From Minisyncoccota bacterium (GTDB taxonomy: Bacteria > Patescibacteriota > Minisyncoccia > Moranbacterales > GCA-2747515), in the NCBI GenBank assembly GCA_020629675.1, contig JAHDCW010000002.1, positions 1 to 56,832 of the forward strand: a DNA stretch of 56,832 bases, in the 5' to 3' direction. Made by a program: the position numbers and the translations under genes. Under the pieces are notes generated by a model that saw only the letters and a program-made list of their open reading frames with translations, ran no database searches and had not been told where the DNA came from. Numbering within the stretch: position 1 is the first letter of the stretch; every line of letters begins with the position of its first letter. Shown one piece after another: positions 28,457 to 36,636 of this stretch.

Positions 28457-29113
28457 ATGCAGATTCCCACATTTCAAACTGAGCAAGAGCTTAACCAAAA
28501 GTATCCTGACGCGATTCTTATCGGCGTCGATGAAGTTGGTCGTGGTCCGCTAGCTGGACCGGTTGTAGCGGCTGCATGCGCGCTTCACCCTGAGATTGAT
28601 CAGTCTTTACCAGAATGGGATTTTGTACGTGACAGTAAAAAAGTGACTGAAAAGCGACGCGAATCGACGTGCGAATTCATAAAGCAAAATGCGGACTACG
28701 GTATTGGGATAATAGCATCAGACACGATTGATCGTGTAAATATACTCGAGGCGACATTTCTCGCTATGAAGGCTGCGCTATCAGAATTGCGTGCGCGTAG
28801 CAGCAGGGTGGGCTTAGCGCAGGAGTTGATTTTGCTCGTTGACGGTGCGCAGAAAATTCCTCATATATCACATACACAGATTACTTTTACGTCCGGAGAT
28901 GCACGTGTAAAAAGCATTGCAGCAGCCTCGATTTTAGCTAAAGTCACGCGTGATAGCATGATGGTCGACTATGATAAGCTCTTTCCAGGGTATGGGTTTG
29001 GCGCACATAAAGGCTATGGCACCAAACAGCACATGGAGGCACTGCGGGAAAAGGGCGTGACGCCAATTCACAGACATAGTTTTGCACCTGTTAAGAAATG
29101 CGCACGTAAATAA
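28457..29113 (+). CDS. rnhB: Ribonuclease HII
   Basis: GVDEVGRGPLAGPVVAAA active-site motif and a C-terminal HKGYGT. The ATG at 28457 is preferred over the ORF maximum (28370), which overlaps dnaE. Confidence 0.9.
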   Translation: MQIPTFQTEQELNQKYPDAILIGVDEVGRGPLAGPVVAAACALHPEIDQSLPEWDFVRDSKKVTEKRRESTCEFIKQNADYGIGIIASDTIDRVNILEATFLAMKAALSELRARSSRVGLAQELILLVDGAQKIPHISHTQITFTSGDARVKSIAAASILAKVTRDSMMVDYDKLFPGYGFGAHKGYGTKQHMEALREKGVTPIHRHSFAPVKKCARK

Positions 29114-29124
29114 AGGAGATTTAA

Positions 29125-29160
29125 TAAAGCTCATCTTGTTATAAAGATGAGCTTTTAATT
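29125..29160 (+). terminator. Terminator hairpin between convergent genes
   Basis: 12-bp perfect stem AAAGCTCATCTT/AAGATGAGCTTT, a 6-nt loop, and a T-rich tail. Confidence 0.6.
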
Positions 29161-29469
29161 TTATCGCGGATAGTTAATTACTGCGCCTTTTTTCTGTCTG
29201 AATTTGCCACATTTAAACTCTTCAATATATCCACGTTCGAGTAGTGATTGAATGCCTTGTTCGGTCCACTTTCTTACGAGACTTTCACCATTAAGGTTAT
29301 ACTCAGCAACCATCTTTTTTTTGATGCTATCAATATCCAGGGGTGGGTAATCAAATGTTGGGATATGTTGAAATACTTTATTACCCCATGAAACTGCCTG
29401 TGCTTTATCATCATGACTGGAGATTGGCTCCATCTCCGTAGAAATACTTACTGGTGTATTGCCGTTCAT
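29161..29469 (-). CDS. Hypothetical protein
   Basis: 102 aa from the ATG at 29469 (the ORF maximum is 29529). No family recognised. Confidence 0.45.
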   Translation of the reverse strand: MNGNTPVSISTEMEPISSHDDKAQAVSWGNKVFQHIPTFDYPPLDIDSIKKKMVAEYNLNGESLVRKWTEQGIQSLLERGYIEEFKCGKFRQKKGAVINYPR

Positions 29470-29540
29470 TGTTTTGTCTCCCAAAAAGAACACAACCTTA
29501 ACGTAACACTTAGTAGTGCTAAAGGTCAATTATATATTAC

Positions 29541-31151
29541 TTACTGTAGGAGGGGGAAAGTGGCTTTTTCAAAAGGGAATACAATTGAGCGGAGAATTGG
29601 AAAATCATCAGAGTCAAATTTATCTGTGAAATAGAGGATGTGATCATTTTTATTCATCACAACATTTTGGTCTGCGAGGTTGCGGGTGAGAATGTTTGTT
29701 TCTTGAAATCCACCACGATGATCGATGCCTACCAGGTTGAGAGTGTCGCCTATGACGGTGATGACATGTTCGTAGTCGCTGATCCATAAAACTGAAGTGA
29801 TACCATTAGCAGAGGCTGTAACTTCCTTAATAGTATTAAAGTCTCGCTGTGGTTGGGCGATCCAATCACGTACAAAATAGACAAAAACTTTATTTGAACT
29901 GTAGAAAAGTAATTTTTTTCCATCATCGGAGAACTGTGCATCGATGATGCCTGTTTCTAGGCGACGGGTAACTTCTTGCTCATTAGTTGTGTCCAAGTTG
30001 TACACCGTTAAATCACCTGTGTTGGTTGTGATATGCGCGATACGGTTTTCGTCGTAAGCGATCAGGCGTACGCTACCAGGCTGATCTTTACTAGATGGAA
30101 AAAATGTAATTTCAGTAAGGTCTTCTGTGAGAGAAAAGGATGATGAGCCGAAGAGTCGACCGCTCTGGTCGAGGATATAGAGCCCATCGTCTGCAAAGTC
30201 ATACGCAACGACATTTTCTGCGATTTTCTTCGCTTCTTCTTGTACGCTGTCTTCTTCTGTGCTCACGGTTAGCTCATAAAGACTGCCATCTGCGATAAAG
30301 AAGACGACATCTGTACGGCGCGGGTGCCAGCGCACATGGGAAAGAGAGTCAAAGTTGAGAGGCTTAAGCGTTCCTGGATCAAAATCAGGGAGAATCTCTG
30401 ATATGTAGACGTAGTATTCGCTTTCTGGATCGATTCGGGTGATTACATAGTCTTTACGTGGGGTTGAGATGTCATCATTTGCCGATTGATTCTCGATTGA
30501 TTCATTTACTAATCTTTCCACAGGTATAATCAGGCTTTCCTGTGACGGTGACCACTCGATGTTTTCATGGGGTGCTCCAGCAAAAGCTGTATCTGTAAAG
30601 GAGAGTGTGTTTATGGCAGTGCCATCAGCTATGGAAATGACAGGTACAAATAGCGTTTGCGTATCATCAGTAACCGTCTGTGGATAAGCGAGAAAGGCAA
30701 GATCAGCTGAGAAGTAGGTTTTCTGCGGCGCAACTACAGATGGATGACGTGTTTGCTCATACTTCTCTCTCACGAGGGGTACGTTCCAAAAATCAGTTGT
30801 AATACCGCTGCGAACTCGCACAGTCTTTTCCCAGGGCTTGTACCCAGAGGCCTCTATACGCACATCATGGAGTCCGTGGCGAACGCCAGTGATGTGATAG
30901 GTGCCATTGATAAAATTGAGGCGTTGCGCGCCTGGTATGCGCCCATCAATTGTGACAGTGACATCACGAGGCTCTGATTTGTACTTGATAGAGCCAGTGT
31001 AAATCAGGGTCATGATGTTATCGGTCACACTAACGCGGTAGCCGAGGGATAAGAAGATCACGGTGCACGTGACGAGAATACATGAACATGCCATCACCCA
31101 AAAAAAGATGATGCGTGAGAGGGGATTAGCAGTCGGTCTTTTAGGTCTCAT
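29541..31151 (-). CDS. Membrane-anchored PEGA-domain protein with putative TolB-like beta-propeller
   Basis: N-terminal TM and a PEGA-like segment (VTVTIDGR...GTYHITGVRHGLHDVRIEASGYKPWEKTVRV). This is followed by repeated DG-x-x-L/hydrophobic strand motifs. The ATG at 31151 is preferred. Confidence 0.65.
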   Translation of the reverse strand: MRPKRPTANPLSRIIFFWVMACSCILVTCTVIFLSLGYRVSVTDNIMTLIYTGSIKYKSEPRDVTVTIDGRIPGAQRLNFINGTYHITGVRHGLHDVRIEASGYKPWEKTVRVRSGITTDFWNVPLVREKYEQTRHPSVVAPQKTYFSADLAFLAYPQTVTDDTQTLFVPVISIADGTAINTLSFTDTAFAGAPHENIEWSPSQESLIIPVERLVNESIENQSANDDISTPRKDYVITRIDPESEYYVYISEILPDFDPGTLKPLNFDSLSHVRWHPRRTDVVFFIADGSLYELTVSTEEDSVQEEAKKIAENVVAYDFADDGLYILDQSGRLFGSSSFSLTEDLTEITFFPSSKDQPGSVRLIAYDENRIAHITTNTGDLTVYNLDTTNEQEVTRRLETGIIDAQFSDDGKKLLFYSSNKVFVYFVRDWIAQPQRDFNTIKEVTASANGITSVLWISDYEHVITVIGDTLNLVGIDHRGGFQETNILTRNLADQNVVMNKNDHILYFTDKFDSDDFPILRSIVFPFEKATFPLLQ

Positions 31152-31219
31152 AGTTGCTTCTTTTAATACAAACATGATACCATTTTTATGCATAAAGATA
31201 AATATTGTTTCGCTATAAA

Positions 31220-31663
31220 ATGGTACGCTCACTTACACTGGTTACTGTCGGTAAGCCACAGCTTGACTATGCTTGCGAGGGGCTATCTTTTTATGACGTG
31301 CGGCTTCGTCAGCATGTGCAGTTTGAGATAAAGGCGATGCGCGATAATGTGAAATGTGCTGAAGAGTTACAAAGAGAAAAACACCGTGGTAGTAGAATCT
31401 TTGGTTTTGATGAAAAGGGAAAGCGATATACGAGCAGGTCTTTCTCTAAGACCTTGGACGAGTTAGCAATCAGAGGGACGTCGCATGCTGTGTTTGTGAT
31501 CGGAGGACCAGATGGTCTCAGCACTGATATGCGCGCGTGCTGTGATGCTTTTATTTCGTTGAGTGACTTTACTTTTCCGCATGACTTGGCGCAAGTGATG
31601 GCGGCGGAGATGCTCTATAGGAGCGTTTTAATATCAAAAGGTCATCCGTATCATCGTGGTTAA
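31220..31663 (+). CDS. rlmH: 23S rRNA (pseudouridine1915-N3)-methyltransferase
   Basis: SPOUT fold with VIGGPDGLS and SLSDFTFPHDLAQVMAAEMLYR, and HPYHRG at the C-terminus. Confidence 0.9.
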   Translation: MVRSLTLVTVGKPQLDYACEGLSFYDVRLRQHVQFEIKAMRDNVKCAEELQREKHRGSRIFGFDEKGKRYTSRSFSKTLDELAIRGTSHAVFVIGGPDGLSTDMRACCDAFISLSDFTFPHDLAQVMAAEMLYRSVLISKGHPYHRG

Positions 31664-31664
31664 T

Positions 31665-32429
31665 ATGTCTTTGACTCAAGAGGAGATAAATTTTTACCAA
31701 AAGGCGCGTCGCGGGAAAGGCGACCTCGTTATTGTGGATGGGTTTCATGCACTTAAGCATGGATTGCGGTTTGATGCTGTGATCGAAAAAATCTATATGC
31801 GGGAAGGTGTGGACTTGTCACAACTAGGAGAGACTGTGGTAGATCAGGCGGTGGTAGACAAAGTGGCATCAGGCGCTGTGACATTGAATGAAGATGCATT
31901 TGAAAAATTGACGACAGCGCACGTACGTACAGGTGTGACAGCTGTGATGCGTAAGCCTGGTTATAGTTTGGAAGACATCATTGATAGACCCGGTAGTAAG
32001 GTTATTTTGGAACATCCGCGAGATCTCGATAATGTGGGTGCGTGTATTAGGGTGGCTGCTGCAGCTGATTGCGCAGCTTTACTGGTCGTGGGTGATATGA
32101 ATCCATGGCATGTACGTGCTATCAGGGCAGCTGCAGGATGTCAGTGGGCGTTACCAGTGCTGCAGGTTTCAGAAGTGGAATTTGATTGTATTATTAAAAA
32201 ATATATTACCTATGCCTGCACCGATGAAGGTGGGACTGTCTATGATGTGCCATTAGAAAATGATGCATTTTACATCTTTGGCACGGAGCGTGATGGGATC
32301 ACACAGGCAGTGCGAGAACGCGCGACGAAAAAAATTAGCCTACCGATGCGTGCTGGAGTGGCAAGTCTCAATCTAGCAACATCTGTAAGTGGGATACTGT
32401 ACGCACAAAAAAATGATCAGCTTCAATGA
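31665..32429 (+). CDS. TrmH/SpoU-family RNA 2'-O-methyltransferase
   Basis: SpoU motifs LEHPRDLDNVGACIRVAAA, IFGTERDGI and SLNLATSVSGILY. Confidence 0.85.
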   Translation: MSLTQEEINFYQKARRGKGDLVIVDGFHALKHGLRFDAVIEKIYMREGVDLSQLGETVVDQAVVDKVASGAVTLNEDAFEKLTTAHVRTGVTAVMRKPGYSLEDIIDRPGSKVILEHPRDLDNVGACIRVAAAADCAALLVVGDMNPWHVRAIRAAAGCQWALPVLQVSEVEFDCIIKKYITYACTDEGGTVYDVPLENDAFYIFGTERDGITQAVRERATKKISLPMRAGVASLNLATSVSGILYAQKNDQLQ

Positions 32430-32437
32430 GCTGATCA
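32412..32437 (+). terminator. Hairpin spanning the stop codon (weak terminator candidate)
   Basis: 10-bp perfect stem ATGATCAGCT/AGCTGATCAT with a 6-nt loop. The downstream tail is only moderately T-rich. Confidence 0.3.
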
Positions 32438-32455
32438 TCTAATTTATTATTGTGC

Positions 32456-32776
32456 TTATTTTTTTTCTACTTTTTTGCGCCAAGCCTCTGTTGCTAAAAG
32501 CTTTAATAGCGACGATAGGATGATGATCGGTTTGCAGCTAAAATAAGAGTTTGTGGGATGACGTTTTACCTTTAAGCACTGCTGAGACCACGCTTTTAAA
32601 AATATGAAGCTAAGTGCAAATAAGGTAGTTAGAAACACAGCGGGGGAGGTTGGATTTGTGAGCATTTGATACACAGCCATGATAATCCATATTTGGGCCG
32701 CTCCAGTGGAGGAGCTTACAAAGGCCATTTTGTTATCGATGTTGTAGCGGTCTTGAAGGTACTCATGTATATCCAT
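32456..32776 (-). CDS. Small hypothetical membrane protein
   Basis: 106-aa ORF with 2-3 hydrophobic helices and a basic C-terminus. Confidence 0.4.
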   Translation of the reverse strand: MDIHEYLQDRYNIDNKMAFVSSSTGAAQIWIIMAVYQMLTNPTSPAVFLTTLFALSFIFLKAWSQQCLKVKRHPTNSYFSCKPIIILSSLLKLLATEAWRKKVEKK

Positions 32777-32917
32777 GGATGCAATTCCTTGTTTGGATTG
32801 GATTATTTAAGATGGTAACAGTGGTTAATTTTTTGGTCAATCAATGTATTGGTATTGTTATTGTAGGTGGGTGTTGCTATAGTAGATAAACGTTTTTCTC
32901 GAGGAGGAGGTCGGAAA

Positions 32918-33808
32918 ATGTTGCGTGTTTTTGTTCCTTTTGAAATTGAAAAAAAATTCAATAACTATAAGTTGAAAAGGGAGGTTGATGAGCGGGGTGA
33001 TAGTGTGCATGGGCCTATTATTTTTATGCTTACTGGTTTCCGTGACTGCGTTAGCTCTCGAAGTAATTGGATTGATCTTGTAAGACCCTGTGTTTCACGA
33101 GTGATGGGAATGTCGCTACCGCAATTTGGTAAGCAGATGATTTTTAATGGCTATGATCAGAGTTATTTTACACTACACATGGGTGTACATTTCTGTGAGT
33201 TGCTGGCGCAAGATTTTTATCAAATTATACGTGATGAGCCGCATCGAAAATTGATAATCTTCGCTCATAGTGCTGGAGTAAGTTTTGCATTGAAGGCATT
33301 TACATATCTAGATAGGCAGGAAATGGAATCAATTCGACTTATTGGAATTAGTCCAGCATTTTTTGTTGATCACAATGTTCCTGATTTCATAAGGCGTCTC
33401 GCACCAATTGCTGGTAGGTGTCCTGTCAGAATAAATATGCCTTTTACACCTGAGGGAATTACAGCGTCTGTAGAGGCGCAAAAGTTAATCGGTGCCGATG
33501 CTCAAATCTATAAAGGTGATCCCTATTTGCCTACACTCTATACGATAAAAGTTCTTGGTCATGAGGCTTGGGAGATTGTGGTAGAGCGTCAGGGTAGGAT
33601 TGATGGATTGCAAGTGCCAATGTCTTTTTATATCGGTAGTGCTGACAGTATATCTCCGATTCCTTCCACGTTTCGAAACTTCATGGAAGGTGAGGTAAAA
33701 TTTTATGTAGTTTCTGGCTTGCATGACCCTACACTGCAGGAGCATGACGATTTGCAAGCTACCATCAATCATATTCTTCGGACTAAAATCAAACAATATG
33801 CTTATTGA
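32918..33808 (+). CDS. Alpha/beta hydrolase
   Basis: GGAGGAGG Shine-Dalgarno 7 nt before the ATG at 32918. Nucleophile elbow AHSAG, a late GSAD acid and a GLHD histidine. Confidence 0.65.
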   Translation: MLRVFVPFEIEKKFNNYKLKREVDERGDSVHGPIIFMLTGFRDCVSSRSNWIDLVRPCVSRVMGMSLPQFGKQMIFNGYDQSYFTLHMGVHFCELLAQDFYQIIRDEPHRKLIIFAHSAGVSFALKAFTYLDRQEMESIRLIGISPAFFVDHNVPDFIRRLAPIAGRCPVRINMPFTPEGITASVEAQKLIGADAQIYKGDPYLPTLYTIKVLGHEAWEIVVERQGRIDGLQVPMSFYIGSADSISPIPSTFRNFMEGEVKFYVVSGLHDPTLQEHDDLQATINHILRTKIKQYAY

Positions 33809-33821
33809 ATTTATAAGCTTG

Positions 33822-33851
33822 ACCTACCATCGCTATGGTAGGTTTTTTTTA
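33822..33851 (+). terminator. Rho-independent terminator
   Basis: Perfect 9-bp stem ACCTACCAT/ATGGTAGGT, a 4-nt loop, then T8. Confidence 0.75.
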
Positions 33852-33950
33852 AAAACAAGAAGTATTTAACTTGTAAAGAAGAGGGGAAAATGCTTGATAA
33901 TTTATTTATTTTGAATTAGCATATTGAAACCTAAAAAAAGAGTACTTTAA

Positions 33951-34094
33951 ATGAATGATATGCAAAAAGCGAACGTTGTTATCTCAACAGCTTCTTTTGG
34001 CAACACTGCTCGTTTCTGGGACTTGGAAGGACGCTGTCTACAGGTCATTGAGGGTCACGCCGGCTGGGTGGTATCAGCTATCATCGTAAGGTAA
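33951..34094 (+). other. 47-codon ORF encoding a single WD40-repeat-like unit (gene relic or micro-protein)
   Basis: MNDMQKANVVISTASFGNTARFWDLEGRCLQVIEGHAGWVVSAIIVR matches the WD40 pattern (x-T-x-R-x-WD ... GH..V.S). A TTGATA-17-TAGCAT promoter-like site is at 33894-33922 and a terminator follows. Confidence 0.4.
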
Positions 34095-34116
34095 AAGTAG
34101 GGAAAAACGTTCAAAT

Positions 34117-34149
34117 ACACATCTCATATCATTATGAGGTGTGTTTTTA
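34117..34149 (+). terminator. Rho-independent terminator
   Basis: 11-bp stem ACACATCTCAT/ATGAGGTGTGT (one G-U pair), a 6-nt loop, then TTTTTATTTT. Confidence 0.6.
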
Positions 34150-34161
34150 TTTTAACCTAAA

Positions 34162-34770
34162 CTATTTTTTGAAAACGAGAAACTTATACCCAAGAAAGTT
34201 CCATACAATCACAGAGATCGAAGCGATAACAGCTGAGATTGTAGCCCAGATGCGTGGATCGATGGCGACGAACTGACCGATGATATTATTCATAAAGGAT
34301 GCAACAGAAACGTTGAGGACAAACCCAAGACCACTGATCGTCATAAACTTTGCGAGCTCGCGGTTTATGTCAGAATCTGCTCGGTCGCCAAAAGACCAAT
34401 ATTTGTTCCATGCATAGCTGTTAAGCGTCGCTACTACGAAGGCGATTGCTTTAAACATTCCAAATTCAAACCCTCGGGTCACACCTGTGATTACGATGAA
34501 GAGATTAAGTACGCCAAGGTCGATGGCAAAATTGGCTGCTCCGGTGGCGCAAAATTTCGACAACTGAAAAAAGAAAGGCTTGATATGATATAGAACATAA
34601 CCAACCAGGATGCCAGAAATTGCAACAGCAGAGAAAGTGAGTCCAGATAGGATGAGTGATATCTCAACAGATAAACTCGCCTTAGCGACAATGGGGACCA
34701 TTAAGCCAAAGATAAATCCATTGACGCCTGCAAAGAGCAGGTCATAAGGTGAGAGGATTGATTTTTGCAT
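34162..34770 (-). CDS. GtrA-family membrane protein (long form)
   Basis: GtrA-like core (AANFAIDLGVLNLF...NSYAWNKYWSF) with two extra N-terminal TM helices. Confidence 0.75.
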   Translation of the reverse strand: MQKSILSPYDLLFAGVNGFIFGLMVPIVAKASLSVEISLILSGLTFSAVAISGILVGYVLYHIKPFFFQLSKFCATGAANFAIDLGVLNLFIVITGVTRGFEFGMFKAIAFVVATLNSYAWNKYWSFGDRADSDINRELAKFMTISGLGFVLNVSVASFMNNIIGQFVAIDPRIWATISAVIASISVIVWNFLGYKFLVFKK

Positions 34771-34772
34771 GT

Positions 34773-35738
34773 TTAGAATTGCTGTGACTGTTGAGGGGTG
34801 TTCATTTCAGAACGGATTTCGCGCTCGATTTCGTCTATGTCTGGTACCCACTCACCGACGATGTCTTGTGATGGCTGGGGTTGCGGCTGCCTCTCTGTGT
34901 GTGTATCAATAGTTGCTGCTTCTTCGTGAATTGCTGATTCAGGATGGACTTGTGGTGAGATCTCGGCCTCAGGTTCTGCTGCTGTGTCTTGGTAGGGGTC
35001 AGCGATCGTATTTTCTTGTGGTTCTTCTTCTGGTGTCGGATCTACAGGTGGGGTGTCCTGATTGATCTCCTCAGTGATCTCTGACATTTGCATGTGATCG
35101 TCTTCTTTGCCGCCGAGGATGCCACTAGCGGTAACAGGCTTTACAGCTTCTTCAGTTGTAGTTGGTATTGACGCATATGCTGGCGGCTGCACTTCATGGT
35201 TGTGTTGCAGGACACTTTCGATCGACGCCCACGTTGCATCAGTGCCTTGTGAGGTTACGATAGCAACTTCATCTCCTGGCTCCGCTTTAAAATATGTCGC
35301 AGACGCAAGGAGGATGCGATAGTTTTTTCCATCAGCAACTACGATATAGTTTCCAGAAGGGTCTTGCGTGACGATGCCGATTTTGTTTTGTCGTGGGACA
35401 GGGCCAATTTGTTTGTAAATAAAGAAGCCCTCAGGGGAGATGGTGAGCTTGAGGAGGTCACCTTCAACGAGTTTTGATTTGCTGGCATAGTTAGCTGGGA
35501 TAGGGTACTGCTTTCCGTCAGTACCAATCATAACCTGGCCATCAAAAGTGCCTTGGACAACTTGACCTTCACTGTCATCAACTTTTTTCTTACGTCCTGC
35601 CTTTTTCTTGCCCTCAATCTGCAGGAGCATTGCTTTCGCGCCATGGATCGTACGTTCAGCGCTCGTGATCATGTCACGCAAAGACTGGATTTTTTGTGAG
35701 CGTTCCTCTTCGGAGAGGCTGTCAATGTTGTCTGTCAT
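34773..35738 (-). CDS. Hypothetical protein with coiled-coil N-terminus, duplicated beta-rich module and acidic Pro/Glu-rich tail
   Basis: 321 aa. Two similar ~50-aa modules (G..V.GT.DG.QY.I...KLVEGDLLKL and IGIVTQDPSGNYIVVADGKNYRIL...GDEVAIV) are followed by a low-complexity acidic tail. Confidence 0.65.
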   Translation of the reverse strand: MTDNIDSLSEEERSQKIQSLRDMITSAERTIHGAKAMLLQIEGKKKAGRKKKVDDSEGQVVQGTFDGQVMIGTDGKQYPIPANYASKSKLVEGDLLKLTISPEGFFIYKQIGPVPRQNKIGIVTQDPSGNYIVVADGKNYRILLASATYFKAEPGDEVAIVTSQGTDATWASIESVLQHNHEVQPPAYASIPTTTEEAVKPVTASGILGGKEDDHMQMSEITEEINQDTPPVDPTPEEEPQENTIADPYQDTAAEPEAEISPQVHPESAIHEEAATIDTHTERQPQPQPSQDIVGEWVPDIDEIEREIRSEMNTPQQSQQF

Positions 35739-35887
35739 AGTTTTTGTTTGGACTACACACGAACTGCACCCATATTGATTTTTGGGAGGTGTGTGTAGTT
35801 TCCCCCTTTATTTTTATATCTATTAACATGATACGTGAAAGCACAAAATTGAGCAATCGGCGAGAGCTGTGGATAGATTGACAAAGC

Positions 35888-35917
35888 GTGATGTAAGGTG
35901 ATAAATTAATGACCTAC
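35888..35917 (+). promoter_or_regulatory. Sigma70-like promoter (TTGACA, extended -10 TGaTAAATT)
   Basis: An exact TTGACA at 35888-35893, a 17/18-nt spacer, then TG-a-TAAATT. A GGAGGA SD precedes the ATG at 35959. Confidence 0.5.
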
Positions 35918-35958
35918 ATTTTTGTAGAAATTGCTAAACATGTCGGAGGAAGAGTGAG

Positions 35959-36327
35959 ATGACATTTGAGGATTTTGCGCTTGTTGTATATGTATTGGCC
36001 TATCACTGCGATCAGTACGCAAGTGTGCAAGGAGGATTCGAGGGTTATAAAGAAGTCAGTTGTCCTGAGGTTCGAGGGGCGGTACTGCGTATACATGTAA
36101 ATGCAGTCAAGGAGGACTGTCGTGTTTATGTGACGATTGTACGCGTTGAGGGAGAAGAGAGGAAGACAATCTGCAATAAGAAATCTGTGGATCTCGAGAC
36201 TCTTTTGCTTGTCTTGCTGTTTGGGAAGCTGTCTGGTTCTCCGGGAGAGAAAGGAACGGCGCAAATGCATATAGCAACCTTTCGAGCGCAGTATATGGTC
36301 TCACATACACAGCATCAAGCAGCGTGA
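35959..36327 (+). CDS. Hypothetical protein
   Basis: 122-aa ORF with a GGAGGA SD 8 nt upstream and a promoter upstream. It is preferred over the antisense 118-aa ORF. Confidence 0.5.
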   Translation: MTFEDFALVVYVLAYHCDQYASVQGGFEGYKEVSCPEVRGAVLRIHVNAVKEDCRVYVTIVRVEGEERKTICNKKSVDLETLLLVLLFGKLSGSPGEKGTAQMHIATFRAQYMVSHTQHQAA

Positions 36328-36334
36328 GGTTTCC

Positions 36335-36547
36335 GTGCGAAAAAAATTACAAGAAAACTTATTTGTTTTGAGTGGTTTATTATGTATTTGCATTGCACTG
36401 GCTAGTTTCTTAGGGCGACGGCATATTGATGTGGTCTGTGATGGGTGCTCACCTTATATTGGCGGCGGCGCGATGATACTATTTTTGTGCATAGCGTTTC
36501 TCGCATGTCTGAGGGAGTACAACTCATCCAATAGGGAAAAAGTGTAA
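36335..36547 (+). CDS. Small two-TM Cys-rich hypothetical protein
   Basis: 70 aa with a GTG start, 7 nt after the previous gene. Two hydrophobic helices flank a CDGCSPY loop. Confidence 0.35.
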   Translation: MRKKLQENLFVLSGLLCICIALASFLGRRHIDVVCDGCSPYIGGGAMILFLCIAFLACLREYNSSNREKV

Positions 36548-36636
36548 GTATGAGAGTGATAGCGCATTGTCGTTATCGCTCTTTTAATTTGATATTTACG
36601 CAACCTTGTAGGATAATAAAAGAAAACAAAATCATC

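Noticed and set aside
35739-35958. Possible RNase P RNA, tmRNA or other structured ncRNA in this 220-nt gap.
   Set aside because: I found no GGAAAGUCCGG-type RNase P motif, no tmRNA 5' GGGG / 3' CCA acceptor pairing, and no tag reading frame. The only structure is a 9-bp inverted repeat with a long loop.
35914-36270. 118-aa minus-strand ORF overlapping the 122-aa plus-strand ORF.
   Set aside because: The plus-strand ORF has a consensus -35, an extended -10 and a GGAGGA SD. The minus-strand ORF has none of these and an Arg/Leu/Ser-rich composition. The choice remains unproven.
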